Below the pieces are notes generated by a model, which was given only the letters and a program-made list of their open reading frames with translations, made no database searches and was not told where the DNA came from. 43,381 nucleotides of DNA from Candidatus Aenigmatarchaeota archaeon (GTDB taxonomy: Archaea; Aenigmatarchaeota; Aenigmatarchaeia; QMZP01): the NCBI GenBank assembly GCA_043824495.1, contig JBDRSV010000026.1:1-43381 (forward strand). The letters are read 5' to 3'. Numbering within the stretch: position 1 is the stretch's first letter; each line of letters begins with the position of its first letter. Of the stretch, positions 17,157-26,703 are shown piece by piece. The position numbers were made by a program, and so were the translations under genes.

Positions 17157-17190
17157 TTGGTAAATATAATCCTGCGATCTAAATAATACC

Positions 17191-17865
17191 ATGGATATAA
17201 TATTATCTCTTGGAGGGTCTCTAATAGTGCCTGATGAAATAGACACCTCTTTTCTGAAAAGATTCAGAGAACTTATTTTCAAATACACAGAGCATGGTCA
17301 CAGATTCATAATAATTTCTGGTGGTGGGAAAACGTGTAGAAGATATCAAAGAGCATCTGACGAAGTTGGTGAACTAACAAGAAACGAATTGGATTGGATA
17401 GGAATCCATTCTACTAGACTGAATGCACGTTTGATGCATGCTATTTTCAAGGATGCGGCTTATCCTCATGTAGTACGAGATCCTACAGAGAGCATAGATT
17501 TTAAAGAAAAAATCCTGATAGCTGCTGGATGGAAGCCTGGATGGTCAACAGATTATGTTGCAGTTATGTTAGCCAAAACTCTTGGAGTCAAAAAAATGTT
17601 TAATCTAACAAATGTGGACCAAGTTTGTGATAAAGACCCGAAGTATCACAAAGACGCAAAACCGATAGAAAATATAACGTGGCCGGATTTCAGAAAGCTT
17701 GTTGGAGACGAGTGGGATCCAGGTCTACATGCTCCATTTGATCCGGTTGCAGCTAAGGAAGCAGAGAAGCTTGGACTAGAAGTTATAATAATTAATGGTA
17801 AGAAATTAGAAAATTTAGACGCGGCCTTAAACGAGAACACATTTAAGGGCACGCGAATAAAGTGA
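17191..17865 (+). CDS. pyrH: uridylate kinase, archaeal type
   Basis: LSLGGSLIVP, SGGGKTCRRYQ, DWIGI, PGWSTD, PFDPVA. Confidence 0.92.
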   Translation: MDIILSLGGSLIVPDEIDTSFLKRFRELIFKYTEHGHRFIIISGGGKTCRRYQRASDEVGELTRNELDWIGIHSTRLNARLMHAIFKDAAYPHVVRDPTESIDFKEKILIAAGWKPGWSTDYVAVMLAKTLGVKKMFNLTNVDQVCDKDPKYHKDAKPIENITWPDFRKLVGDEWDPGLHAPFDPVAAKEAEKLGLEVIIINGKKLENLDAALNENTFKGTRIK

Positions 17866-17869
17866 TAAC

Positions 17870-18703
17870 ATGAAAACAGTTACAAAAGAAATATTAAAAA
17901 AAATATATAAAACCAGGCACCCTTGGTCACATAAAGGAAACTTCGGAAAGGTTTTAGTTGTGGGTGGAAGTAAAAAATATACTGGTGCTCCAACTCTGGT
18001 GGGACTCGCAGCTTTGAAAGCTGGAGCAGATTTAGTAACGGTGGTTGCCCCAGAAAGAGCAGCCAATGTTGCAGCTAATTTCCCAGACCTAGTTTCGTAT
18101 CCAATAAAAGGAGAGATGTTTAACAAGTGGCATGTAGCTCAGATACTAGAATTGGCGAAGGAGGCGGATAGTCTAATCATAGGAAATGGTTTAGGGAAAA
18201 ATAACGCTACGGTGGATTTCGTTTTAAGTTTACTAAACAAAGTTGAACTTCCATGTATAATTGATGCTGATGCGATTCATGCATTCAAAAATAAAATAAT
18301 GTCACTAAAACCAAATCATGTTCTTACACCACATTCATTTGAGTTCTTCACACTAACAGGTCTGATGCCTGGAAATAAAATAGAGCATAGAATAAAATTT
18401 GTTAGACAGATAACAAACAACACAAAAACAACAATACTACTAAAGGGGTCAATTGATGTGATATCCAATGGTAGGCAATTACTTCTAAATAAAACAGGAA
18501 ATCCTTACATGAGTGTTGGAGGAACAGGAGATAGTTTAGTTGGAATATGTGGAGCGCTTTTAGCTAGGGGAGTAGACACTTTAGATGCAGCATCTGCAGC
18601 AGCTTACATAAACGGGGCGGCAGGCGATTTTGCCTACAGAGAGAAAGGAGTAAGTTTATGTAGCACAGATGTAATTAATAATATATATAAGGTGCTGAAA
18701 TGA
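17870..18703 (+). CDS. nnrD: ADP-dependent NAD(P)H-hydrate dehydratase (YjeF C-terminal)
   Basis: SHKGNFGKVLVVGGSKKYTGAP, IDADA, LTPHSFEF, VGGTGD. Confidence 0.92.
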   Translation: MKTVTKEILKKIYKTRHPWSHKGNFGKVLVVGGSKKYTGAPTLVGLAALKAGADLVTVVAPERAANVAANFPDLVSYPIKGEMFNKWHVAQILELAKEADSLIIGNGLGKNNATVDFVLSLLNKVELPCIIDADAIHAFKNKIMSLKPNHVLTPHSFEFFTLTGLMPGNKIEHRIKFVRQITNNTKTTILLKGSIDVISNGRQLLLNKTGNPYMSVGGTGDSLVGICGALLARGVDTLDAASAAAYINGAAGDFAYREKGVSLCSTDVINNIYKVLK

Positions 18704-20019
18704 GGACAAAAGTAATTATAATGGGTGCGGCGGGAAGAGATTTCCATAATTTTAATACATTTTTTAGAGAAAATGGTGATTATGAAGTTGTTTGTTTCAC
18801 AGCAACACAAATACCCGGAATTGACACAAGAATGTACCCAAAAGAATTATCGGGAAACTTGTATCCAAGAGGAATTCAGATATACCCAGAAAGCAGATTA
18901 GTAGAACTAATTAGAAAATATAATGCTGAACAAGTCATTCTTTCCTATTCTGATTTATCATATCAATATGTAATGAACAAAGCAAGTGAGATTCTAGCCG
19001 CGGGCGCAGACTTCAGGTTATTGAGACCAGAAGTTACAATGATTAAATCCAAAAAACCTGTGATATCAGTAACGGCAGTGAGAACAGGGTCAGGAAAAAG
19101 CCAGACAACCAGAAAATTATGCATGACTTTAAAAGAAAAAGGTAAAAAGGTTGTTGTAGTGAGGCACCCAATGCCATACGGTGATCTCAAGAAACAGATT
19201 TCACAAAGATTTGCATCATATGAAGATCTAGACAAATACGAATGTACAATTGAAGAACGAGAAGAATATGAGCCATTGATAAGAGAAGGTATAATAGTTT
19301 ATGCTGGGGTTGACTATGGAGAAATTTTAAAGAACGCAGAAAAAGAAGCAGACATTATTGTGTGGGACGGAGGAAATAATGACACACCTTTCTACAAACC
19401 TGACGTGTCTATAGTAATAGCAGATCCACATAGAGCAGGACACGAAATTTCATATTATCCAGGAGAAGTTAATGTAAGAATGGCAGATTATGTTATTATA
19501 AACAAAGAGAATACAGCACATGAAGAAAACATAAAGCAGGTTGAAAACAACGTAAAGATTGTAAACCCGACTGCTAAAATAATCCATGCAGATTCTGTTG
19601 TTACAGTTGATGATCCAAATTTAATACATGGAAAGTCAGTTCTTGTTGTAGAGGACGGGCCAACACTGACACATGGAGGAATGGCTTACGGTGCAGGAGC
19701 AGTTGCAGCTGCAATGTATTCGGCGATTATGGTTGATCCAAAGCCTGATGCCATAGGTTCTCTGAAGGCAGTGTACAAAAAATTCCCACATCTTGATAAA
19801 ATTTTGCCAGCAATGGGATACGGGAAAAAACAGATCAAAGAACTGGAATTAATGATAAATAAAATAAATTGTGATGCTGTTGTCATAGGAACACCGATAG
19901 ATTTAACAAAAGTTTTGAGTGTAAACAAACCAATTGTAAGAGTTAAATACGATCTATCAGAAAAGGGAAAACCAAACATAGAAGTTATAGTGAAAGATTT
20001 CTTGAGAAAGTATAAATGA
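18700..20019 (+). CDS. COG2403 family P-loop protein (annotated cyclic-2,3-DPG synthetase-like; ArcE arginine synthetase-like)
   Basis: MGAAGRDFHNFN, VRTGSGKSQT, RHPMPYGDL, CTIEEREEYEP, WDGGNND, VEDGPTLTHGGM. Confidence 0.85.
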   Translation: MRTKVIIMGAAGRDFHNFNTFFRENGDYEVVCFTATQIPGIDTRMYPKELSGNLYPRGIQIYPESRLVELIRKYNAEQVILSYSDLSYQYVMNKASEILAAGADFRLLRPEVTMIKSKKPVISVTAVRTGSGKSQTTRKLCMTLKEKGKKVVVVRHPMPYGDLKKQISQRFASYEDLDKYECTIEEREEYEPLIREGIIVYAGVDYGEILKNAEKEADIIVWDGGNNDTPFYKPDVSIVIADPHRAGHEISYYPGEVNVRMADYVIINKENTAHEENIKQVENNVKIVNPTAKIIHADSVVTVDDPNLIHGKSVLVVEDGPTLTHGGMAYGAGAVAAAMYSAIMVDPKPDAIGSLKAVYKKFPHLDKILPAMGYGKKQIKELELMINKINCDAVVIGTPIDLTKVLSVNKPIVRVKYDLSEKGKPNIEVIVKDFLRKYK

Positions 20020-20670
20020 TTATTTCACATAAAATAAATTATCAATCTTTTTAATTTCTGAAATACTTGCGCATACAGTTACTATGTCGCCCTCAGTCAA
20101 AATTGTGTTCTCTCTAGGAATGATGTGCTCTCCATTTCTAAATAGAGCGCAGATAATCATAGTTGGTGGTAACTGATTTATTTTTTTATTTACAGCCCTA
20201 GACTTTTTTGTGATTAGCCTGTCAACAATTGAAGCTTGATCTCCAGCAACTAGACCAATTATTCTTTTACCTGGGTCCTGAAGAGCCTTTTTGAATGATA
20301 GAACAGACGCTGTTGTTGTGTTTATAGCAGCTGTTATCCCAAGTTCCATGAATATAGGATCGTTTGTGGAGTCATTTATTCTGGATACGATCTTACGAAC
20401 GTGAAAAGATTTAGCAACCTCACAAATCATAAGATTGGTTTTATCATCACTCGTTGCAACTATTAGAGCATCTGAATGCTCAACGTTGGCGTCTTTCAAA
20501 ATCTTCAATTCAGTCGCGTCTCCATGTAAAATGAGTGCATCCAATTTCTCTGCGAGTTTTTCTGCAATAATATCGTCTTTCTCTATTATGATGACGTCAT
20601 GTTTCTCTTTTACAAAAACTTCCGCAAGTTTAGAACCTAAACTTCCACCACCACAAATTATAAGTCTCAT
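20020..20670 (-). CDS. trkA: TrkA-family potassium uptake NAD-binding (RCK) protein
   Basis: MRLIICGGGSLGSKLA, GDATE, ATSDDKTN, C-terminal RCK_C; start reassigned to 20670. Confidence 0.88.
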   Translation of the reverse strand: MRLIICGGGSLGSKLAEVFVKEKHDVIIIEKDDIIAEKLAEKLDALILHGDATELKILKDANVEHSDALIVATSDDKTNLMICEVAKSFHVRKIVSRINDSTNDPIFMELGITAAINTTTASVLSFKKALQDPGKRIIGLVAGDQASIVDRLITKKSRAVNKKINQLPPTMIICALFRNGEHIIPRENTILTEGDIVTVCASISEIKKIDNLFYVK

Positions 20671-20701
20671 AATTATTATAGTATCCCGCGGAATTAATAT
20701 G

Positions 20702-21226
20702 TTACCAAACCCAGACATCAACGTCTAAAATTTCACCAGTTTCTGTTAGAGCGTATCTCTGCACATGTGCTATTCTGCGGTTTGTTGGTAATACGCTCAA
20801 TGCCGGATCATTACATTCAACTAAAAGTGTTCCGCTCTGGTTTATCTGAACCTTCAAATCATAATTAGATTTAACAGAGAGATACGTCGCTTCTAGTAAA
20901 TCTAATTTATCTAATATGTCAGAATACCCTGCTGGAAAATCACACGTGTTATCAAAATCAGATAGTTTTGTTGAATCTAAAACTGGCCACCCGCTATCAT
21001 GCGCCAAACCAATAATATCGGGATTTCCCCCAGACCAAGAGCCTTTATGGCCAACCAACATTTCTGATGTTTGTAGCGTTTTAAGTTCCAACTCATTTCC
21101 GTAAGAATCCGATCTGAATACATTCACACTTGTATTTAGATAATTGATAGAGTAAATGATTATACCAAATAATAGAATGGCGGCAATTATAAATTCGAAA
21201 ACAAGCTGTCCTTTTCTTTTCCCCAT
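20702..21226 (-). CDS. class III signal-peptide (type IV pilin-like) protein
   Basis: MGKRKG|QLVFEFIIAAILLFGIII: basic residues, G, Q at +1, E at +5, hydrophobic helix. Confidence 0.75.
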   Translation of the reverse strand: MGKRKGQLVFEFIIAAILLFGIIIYSINYLNTSVNVFRSDSYGNELELKTLQTSEMLVGHKGSWSGGNPDIIGLAHDSGWPVLDSTKLSDFDNTCDFPAGYSDILDKLDLLEATYLSVKSNYDLKVQINQSGTLLVECNDPALSVLPTNRRIAHVQRYALTETGEILDVDVWVW

Positions 21227-21278
21227 AATTATTTAGACTTTTCTAAGAATATAAATCTACTAAACCAAGTTATAATTA

Positions 21279-22316
21279 ATGAAAATCATATTACTCATTG
21301 CGTGTCTAGTAGTTGTGGTTTCTATTTCAGGATGTACTAGTCCTGTGTGCATTCCCTTTTTAGGTGACTGTGATGTAACATCAGACACAGACGATGTTAT
21401 TATAATTAGGAGTTTAGAAGCAATACCTTCAACAATAACCAGTGGGCAGCAAACAAGAATAATTGCACACATTCAAAACGTTGGAGACAAATCAATACAA
21501 GATGTTGTGAAAAGTATAAATCAGAGTGATGTAAAAACACGAAGTGATGGTGTCGCATTGAATGGTATTGAAATTAAATTGTTTGATTATTGTGAAGGAC
21601 TATTCACAATAGATGTTATTAATTGTCCTGGCGACAAAGGATTCGACAATAAAAAGGGATGTGTAATCGAAGACCTTTTTCCACAAGAAATAAAGCAGGT
21701 CGATTGGATACTCACTGCTGGCGATGTCGCTTTTACAACAACTTGTCCTAAACAGGGTATGGGTGTGTATGTAAGATATCCATACAAAACCGAGGGTTTC
21801 AGCACAATAGCATTTATTCACTCAGAAGAATTACAACGACAGATAGAGCAAGGTACATACACTAAATTGGAATCGGAAACGGTTGTTGGTGCAGGTCCGG
21901 TGAAAGCTGTACTCATAGTAGAAGATCAACAACCTGTGGCAGCATCTATCTCCGATAAGAAAGCCACTACAACAGTCTCCTTACAAATGAGAAACGCGGG
22001 TGGAGGGTTCCCAGTATCATTTTCAAAAACCGGAGAAACAGACTCTGGTAAGGATAAAATACATATAAGAAAAGCGTGGTACGATGTTGATCTAAAGGGG
22101 TTAGCAGATTCTAATAATGAGTGTGCATTTGATGGTCCTGAGAAAAGAGATATTAAATTAATAGACAGAGAATCCACAAAACTTTTATGTGAAGCAAATG
22201 TTCTGCCAGATAGCAAAGTTACCAAAGAAACAACAAGAACAATGACGGTAGATGTCTCTTACCAATACGAATTCGGTAAAAAAGTGAAGGTGACAGTAGA
22301 GGCACCTGGGTTCTAG
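21279..22316 (+). CDS. putative lipoprotein/surface protein (SGC motif), paralogue 1
   Basis: Hydrophobic N-terminus ending SISGCT; VRYPYKT...EELQRQIEQG. Confidence 0.75.
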   Translation: MKIILLIACLVVVVSISGCTSPVCIPFLGDCDVTSDTDDVIIIRSLEAIPSTITSGQQTRIIAHIQNVGDKSIQDVVKSINQSDVKTRSDGVALNGIEIKLFDYCEGLFTIDVINCPGDKGFDNKKGCVIEDLFPQEIKQVDWILTAGDVAFTTTCPKQGMGVYVRYPYKTEGFSTIAFIHSEELQRQIEQGTYTKLESETVVGAGPVKAVLIVEDQQPVAASISDKKATTTVSLQMRNAGGGFPVSFSKTGETDSGKDKIHIRKAWYDVDLKGLADSNNECAFDGPEKRDIKLIDRESTKLLCEANVLPDSKVTKETTRTMTVDVSYQYEFGKKVKVTVEAPGF

Positions 22317-22382
22317 ACGTAGGTAAACTTATAAGTTTATGCTAACAATATTATAGTAAGCGCGTTCCTGATTGGAGTTTCA

Positions 22383-23333
22383 ATGTCAAGCAAAAAGAAA
22401 AACCAAAGGGGTTTGGTATTGGCTTTATTGCCAGTTCTTCTAGTAGTATTTGTATCAGGATGCACAACAGATAGCGTAGGCACAGGCAAGGGTGTTGTAA
22501 TATCAGCTTTCGAACCTGATTTCGCTCAAATTAATTCTGGTGAAAGAGTTTCATTACAGTTGAAGATGCAGAACATGGGAGAAGTAAGAGCAAGAGATGT
22601 TTCCGCAGAGCTTAGCGGAATAGACCCACAGACATGGAACTTCTATGGAACAGCAGATACAATGATCAATTTCGGTGATTTGTTAGCACCGGACACAGTG
22701 AGTAATACACCAGGACAAATAAGGTCAGCTGAGTGGATAATGTTTGCTCCTGAACTTCCACAAGGAACAAACTTTGCTTACACTCCTATTGTGAGAGTAA
22801 GTTATGATTATCAAACAGTTGCACACAAACCAATTATGTTAATAGATGAAAATGAACTTAGAAGAATTATTCAGCAAGGAAGAGGATCTTTAGCAACTGG
22901 TAAACCAACAGAAAATTCAGCGGGCCCATTCACAGTCACGGTGGCAGCAGGAGATTATGTAAAAACATCTGGTCCTGGAGGACAAACACGTGACATATTC
23001 CCAATTCATATTCACATTTCAAATGATCTATGGGAAACTGGTGGATCTGTAGCACCTCTAATAAATGAGCCAGCATCATATCCTGTTTTAGTAACAGTAG
23101 AAGAACCATCAGGAACAGAGTTCTTTAACTCAGGTAGTTACTTGAGTGATTGTTCAGGTACAATGATAGTTGATCTATGGAAAGGTAAAGACGCAGACAT
23201 AACATGTGAACTTGAAGTGGTGAGTCCACCTCCAATAACAACAGAAGATCTGATGAAGATAACACTTGATTATAGATTCTTCATTGACGCAAGAACAAAC
23301 ATAAATGTTGTGGGTCAAACCAGACCCTACTAA
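22383..23333 (+). CDS. putative lipoprotein/surface protein (SGC motif), paralogue 2
   Basis: FVSGCT; VRVSYDYQT...NELRRIIQQG. Confidence 0.75.
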   Translation: MSSKKKNQRGLVLALLPVLLVVFVSGCTTDSVGTGKGVVISAFEPDFAQINSGERVSLQLKMQNMGEVRARDVSAELSGIDPQTWNFYGTADTMINFGDLLAPDTVSNTPGQIRSAEWIMFAPELPQGTNFAYTPIVRVSYDYQTVAHKPIMLIDENELRRIIQQGRGSLATGKPTENSAGPFTVTVAAGDYVKTSGPGGQTRDIFPIHIHISNDLWETGGSVAPLINEPASYPVLVTVEEPSGTEFFNSGSYLSDCSGTMIVDLWKGKDADITCELEVVSPPPITTEDLMKITLDYRFFIDARTNINVVGQTRPY

Positions 23334-23367
23334 TTTTATTTAACTGAAAAAGAACATATTATATAAT

Positions 23368-24276
23368 ATGTATCTATACGGACTACCGGTATTACTATCA
23401 ATCTTTTTGATTGTTGCAGTATCTGGTTGTACAATGTTTGTGAATCCAACAAGTGCTTCAGGAGCAGGTGTTGTAATAGAAGAGTTTGGGCCTGAATTTT
23501 CCAATGTGTTTCCTTTTGAGAGATCAGATCTCGAAGTAAAACTAAAGAATGAAGGATCATTCACTGCTACAGACGTTGTTGTTGATGTGCTTGGTTTAGA
23601 AGAATGGAGTGAAAATAGTAGAAGAGATAAGTGTCGGTCACCATTTAATTTGATAGCACCAAATTCTCAGAGTGGAACTCAGGGGGAAATAGTTACATGC
23701 TCAATACCCTTTACTGCACCTGACCTGACATCTGGATTAGCTCAGACATATATTCCGGTTGCAAGAGTGTCTTATGATTACAAAACTATAACAAGAAAAT
23801 CAGTTTCCATTGTACCCAGGTCGGAATTAAGAAGAATAGAAAATGCAGGGTTAGAGATGCCAATAGATACAATAAGTATTTCAGGTAGTCCAATATCAAT
23901 AGACATTGAATCTAAATCTCCTATAGTGACGTTTAAAAACTATGTTGTTTTTCCAATACTAATAAAATTCAATAATATTGGTGGAGGAGTTGTTTGTAAA
24001 GAAGATTGTAAAAAAGCAGATGACTGGAATAGATTAGCTTTCAAAATTGAGTTGGGAACAAGAATGGAAATAGATAATGATTGTAATACAGAGATGGAAA
24101 CCAAATTGTTCAAGGGCGAGACAAATGCAATTACATGTAAAATAAGAGCATATGATTTGATAGAGGGCGACGCTGAAAGCACTAACAGACAAGAATATGT
24201 AGTGAAGCGGGACATTTCAGTCACATCTGAATATTCTTATTTTATTGAGAAGGCAACGTCTATTATTGTGAAATAA
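23368..24276 (+). CDS. putative lipoprotein/surface protein (SGC motif), paralogue 3
   Basis: AVSGCT; ARVSYDYKT...SELRRIENAG. Confidence 0.75.
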   Translation: MYLYGLPVLLSIFLIVAVSGCTMFVNPTSASGAGVVIEEFGPEFSNVFPFERSDLEVKLKNEGSFTATDVVVDVLGLEEWSENSRRDKCRSPFNLIAPNSQSGTQGEIVTCSIPFTAPDLTSGLAQTYIPVARVSYDYKTITRKSVSIVPRSELRRIENAGLEMPIDTISISGSPISIDIESKSPIVTFKNYVVFPILIKFNNIGGGVVCKEDCKKADDWNRLAFKIELGTRMEIDNDCNTEMETKLFKGETNAITCKIRAYDLIEGDAESTNRQEYVVKRDISVTSEYSYFIEKATSIIVK

Positions 24277-25545
24277 TTAAAATTCTGAAAGAATTCTCTG
24301 TTTATCTTTTTGTTTTGTTATAATTTCTTCAGGTCTATCTTTCTCATCAAAAATAAGGCGACCGTATACACCATCGTAACCAGGATTGATTTCAACTTTA
24401 CCTTCTCTCAAATCAATGATAGCTTTGGCCATTTTTGGATCAACAACTTTAGCTAAATCTGCGTGTGATGTGTTAAGAAGAACATTGAATTCAGATCCAA
24501 ACGCTTCCATAAGTTTTTCATGGACAGTCCAGACGGTCTTCGAATACAGCTGTTCAACTCTTTTAATTTTGGAGATTATTTCTGATAGTGGGATTAATGA
24601 TTTGAATGGTTTAGATCCTTCAGGGGTGTATCCATGAGGTTTGTCAGCTAATTCTTCTATTCTATTCTCAACGCCTATTACCATAGGCCTACCACAAGCA
24701 GGACATAGCCCTCTGTTTTTTGTTGTGTCTTCAGGTCCCATAGAAACATTACAGTTCCTGTGTCCATCCCAATGATATTTTCCATATGAAGGATAAACCT
24801 CTATTGTTCCCTCTAATCCTTCTCGTGTTCTAATGGCTTTGATTATGTTGCTATATGTGAGTTCTTTGAAATCGAATAGTGTGGCTTCTCTTCCTATTCT
24901 CCAAGGCCAAAAACTATGAGCGTCTGAGTTGCTAAGAAGAGTATATTTATTCCATTTACTTACACGCCAAAGCATAGGAGGATCAGCACTCATGCCTGTT
25001 TCTATTGCGTGAATGTGTTTGGATTGATCTTTAAAGCATTCTTCAACAGAATCAAATCCAGATTTGGATCCAAACAGACCAAACCATGGAGTCATGACAT
25101 GAGCAGGAACAACTTCTATATCCTTGTCTATGTTCATGAGATCTTCTACTAATTCTATGCAGGAATAACTTCCAAATATAGGCCTTCCATCAGCTTCTAT
25201 CTTGCCTTTCTTTCCTAGGTGCTCTCTTATTTGATCAACAACGTCGAAATCTCGAGCTAGTATGACACTATGTATCTTCCTGAGCTTCCCGTCCTGATGA
25301 AAAATATTAGAAACTTCTCCTTGAAGAACAAACTTGAATCCGTTCTTTGTTTGTAGCACGCCGCTGCCGTCTTCTGTGAGATGTTGTTTGAGTTCTTTGT
25401 TCCATATAGGATGAATGAAATCACCTGTACCTAGAACATCTACACCCTTGACGCGTGCCCATTTTTCTAAAAGGGGAATTGTTGTTTGCTTGCTGCAAGC
25501 CAGTGCATATCTACTATGAATCTGCAAATCCGCTATAAAAGTCAT
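24277..25545 (-). CDS. endoQ: endonuclease Q family (PHP domain plus zinc ribbon)
   Basis: ADLQIHSRYA, GTGD, PAHVMTPW, ETGMSADP, SNSDAHS, GKYHWDGHRNC, CPACG, GYDGVYG. Confidence 0.88.
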   Translation of the reverse strand: MTFIADLQIHSRYALACSKQTTIPLLEKWARVKGVDVLGTGDFIHPIWNKELKQHLTEDGSGVLQTKNGFKFVLQGEVSNIFHQDGKLRKIHSVILARDFDVVDQIREHLGKKGKIEADGRPIFGSYSCIELVEDLMNIDKDIEVVPAHVMTPWFGLFGSKSGFDSVEECFKDQSKHIHAIETGMSADPPMLWRVSKWNKYTLLSNSDAHSFWPWRIGREATLFDFKELTYSNIIKAIRTREGLEGTIEVYPSYGKYHWDGHRNCNVSMGPEDTTKNRGLCPACGRPMVIGVENRIEELADKPHGYTPEGSKPFKSLIPLSEIISKIKRVEQLYSKTVWTVHEKLMEAFGSEFNVLLNTSHADLAKVVDPKMAKAIIDLREGKVEINPGYDGVYGRLIFDEKDRPEEIITKQKDKQRILSEF

Positions 25546-25621
25546 AACAAATATATGATATCATAATTTTTATTCTTATTTTAGGAAATAAACTTAAAAA
25601 CCTAATTTACACCTCCTAAAA

Positions 25622-26001
25622 ATGAGAAAAAAGATATTGCGTGTGGTGCCAGAGGCGTTGGATTTGATAGAATCTGGAGGGAAACTGCTGAAGGTAGAAT
25701 AGGATGGACTAATGTTAGAATGCTTGATGTTAGAGATAGAGTCGAATTCTGGTCATACTATAGAAATAAACGTCTCTTAACACGCATATCTCGAATAGAC
25801 AAATATGATCCAGGAATCACATTTAGGGATGTGATAGATGAGACAAATTACAGAAAACTAATCCCTTTTGCACAAAATCCAGAAGATGCAATTCGTATGT
25901 ATGATGATCTTAATCCGATAGAAAAACAAACAGAGTATGGTGTGGTTATATTCGAATTTGAATGTCCAATTCCTATAAAGATTTATCCTGGTACGGACTA
26001 A
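25622..26001 (+). pseudogene. ASCH-domain protein split by a 1-nt deletion near 25682 (pseudogene or sequencing error)
   Basis: Frame from ATG 25622 reads MRKKILRVVPEALDLIESGGK and then stops at 25700-25702. The -1 frame continues TAEGRIGW...DRVEF...YGVVIFEF, restoring the G.K..E.R ASCH motif. Confidence 0.75.
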
Positions 26002-26009
26002 TAATAAAC

Positions 26010-26222
26010 ATGATAAAACGTTTCCACAAACTCAAAACAAAACACCAGGTTATAGTTGCTCTCCTCATTGCTTTTGCGGTAGTTTCTTTCTGGAGAGGTG
26101 CGTGGGGACTATTAGACGAATTTCTTTTACCAGATAACTATATACTAAGTTTATGGATTTCTTTGATCATGGGATTAGTAATACTGATAGTAACCGGTTA
26201 TGCAACCAAAGAACTAATGTGA
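26010..26222 (+). CDS. small two-TM membrane protein (FWRGAWGLLD motif)
   Basis: Hydrophobic 70 aa ORF; start reassigned to 26010. Confidence 0.7.
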   Translation: MIKRFHKLKTKHQVIVALLIAFAVVSFWRGAWGLLDEFLLPDNYILSLWISLIMGLVILIVTGYATKELM

Positions 26223-26702
26223 TCAGGCAACAACTATACCACCGAAGAATACATGTGTGAATATGAGCTTCCCTTTATATAATATTTTTTCGCTGCCTTT
26301 GAAGTTTCTTATATCACCTTGCCATTCACATACATAATCATACTCATCATCTGAAAATTTTTTGGGACCTCTTGGTTGAAATTTCTTTTCCTTTTCTCCA
26401 ACAGAAAGAGCCTTTTTCAAAAAGTCGAATGTCTGATCAGCTAATTTAGGATCTTCATAATCTGGTTCCATTCCTCCACCATATATCTGTGTCCAAAACG
26501 GTTTACCATCACGCCAAACAACTTCCTCTCCCCATGATCTGATAAATCCTGTATAACTGTCTCTATATATCCATGGACCTTCCTTATATTCCAATTCTCT
26601 AAAACCGGGTCTCTGAGGCTTAGATTCTGGACCACTGCCCGCATAAGTAGATTTACCTGCTTTACCGATAAATTGGTTAAGTTCTGCTATGAGATCGCTC
26701 AT
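26223..26702 (-). CDS. DUF5680-like protein
   Basis: YRDSYTG...GEEVVW...PFWTQIYGG...FLKKAL pattern. Confidence 0.7.
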   Translation of the reverse strand: MSDLIAELNQFIGKAGKSTYAGSGPESKPQRPGFRELEYKEGPWIYRDSYTGFIRSWGEEVVWRDGKPFWTQIYGGGMEPDYEDPKLADQTFDFLKKALSVGEKEKKFQPRGPKKFSDDEYDYVCEWQGDIRNFKGSEKILYKGKLIFTHVFFGGIVVA

Positions 26703-26703
26703 A

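Noticed and set aside
22324-22339. 16-bp perfect palindrome TAAACTTATAAGTTTA
   Set aside because: AT-rich, overlaps a likely TATA box and does not recur; cannot be supported as an operator.
25679-25686. Programmed -1 frameshift at GGGAAAC
   Set aside because: The heptamer is in register GGG-AAA-C rather than the required G-GGA-AAC, so a simple 1-nt deletion is more plausible.
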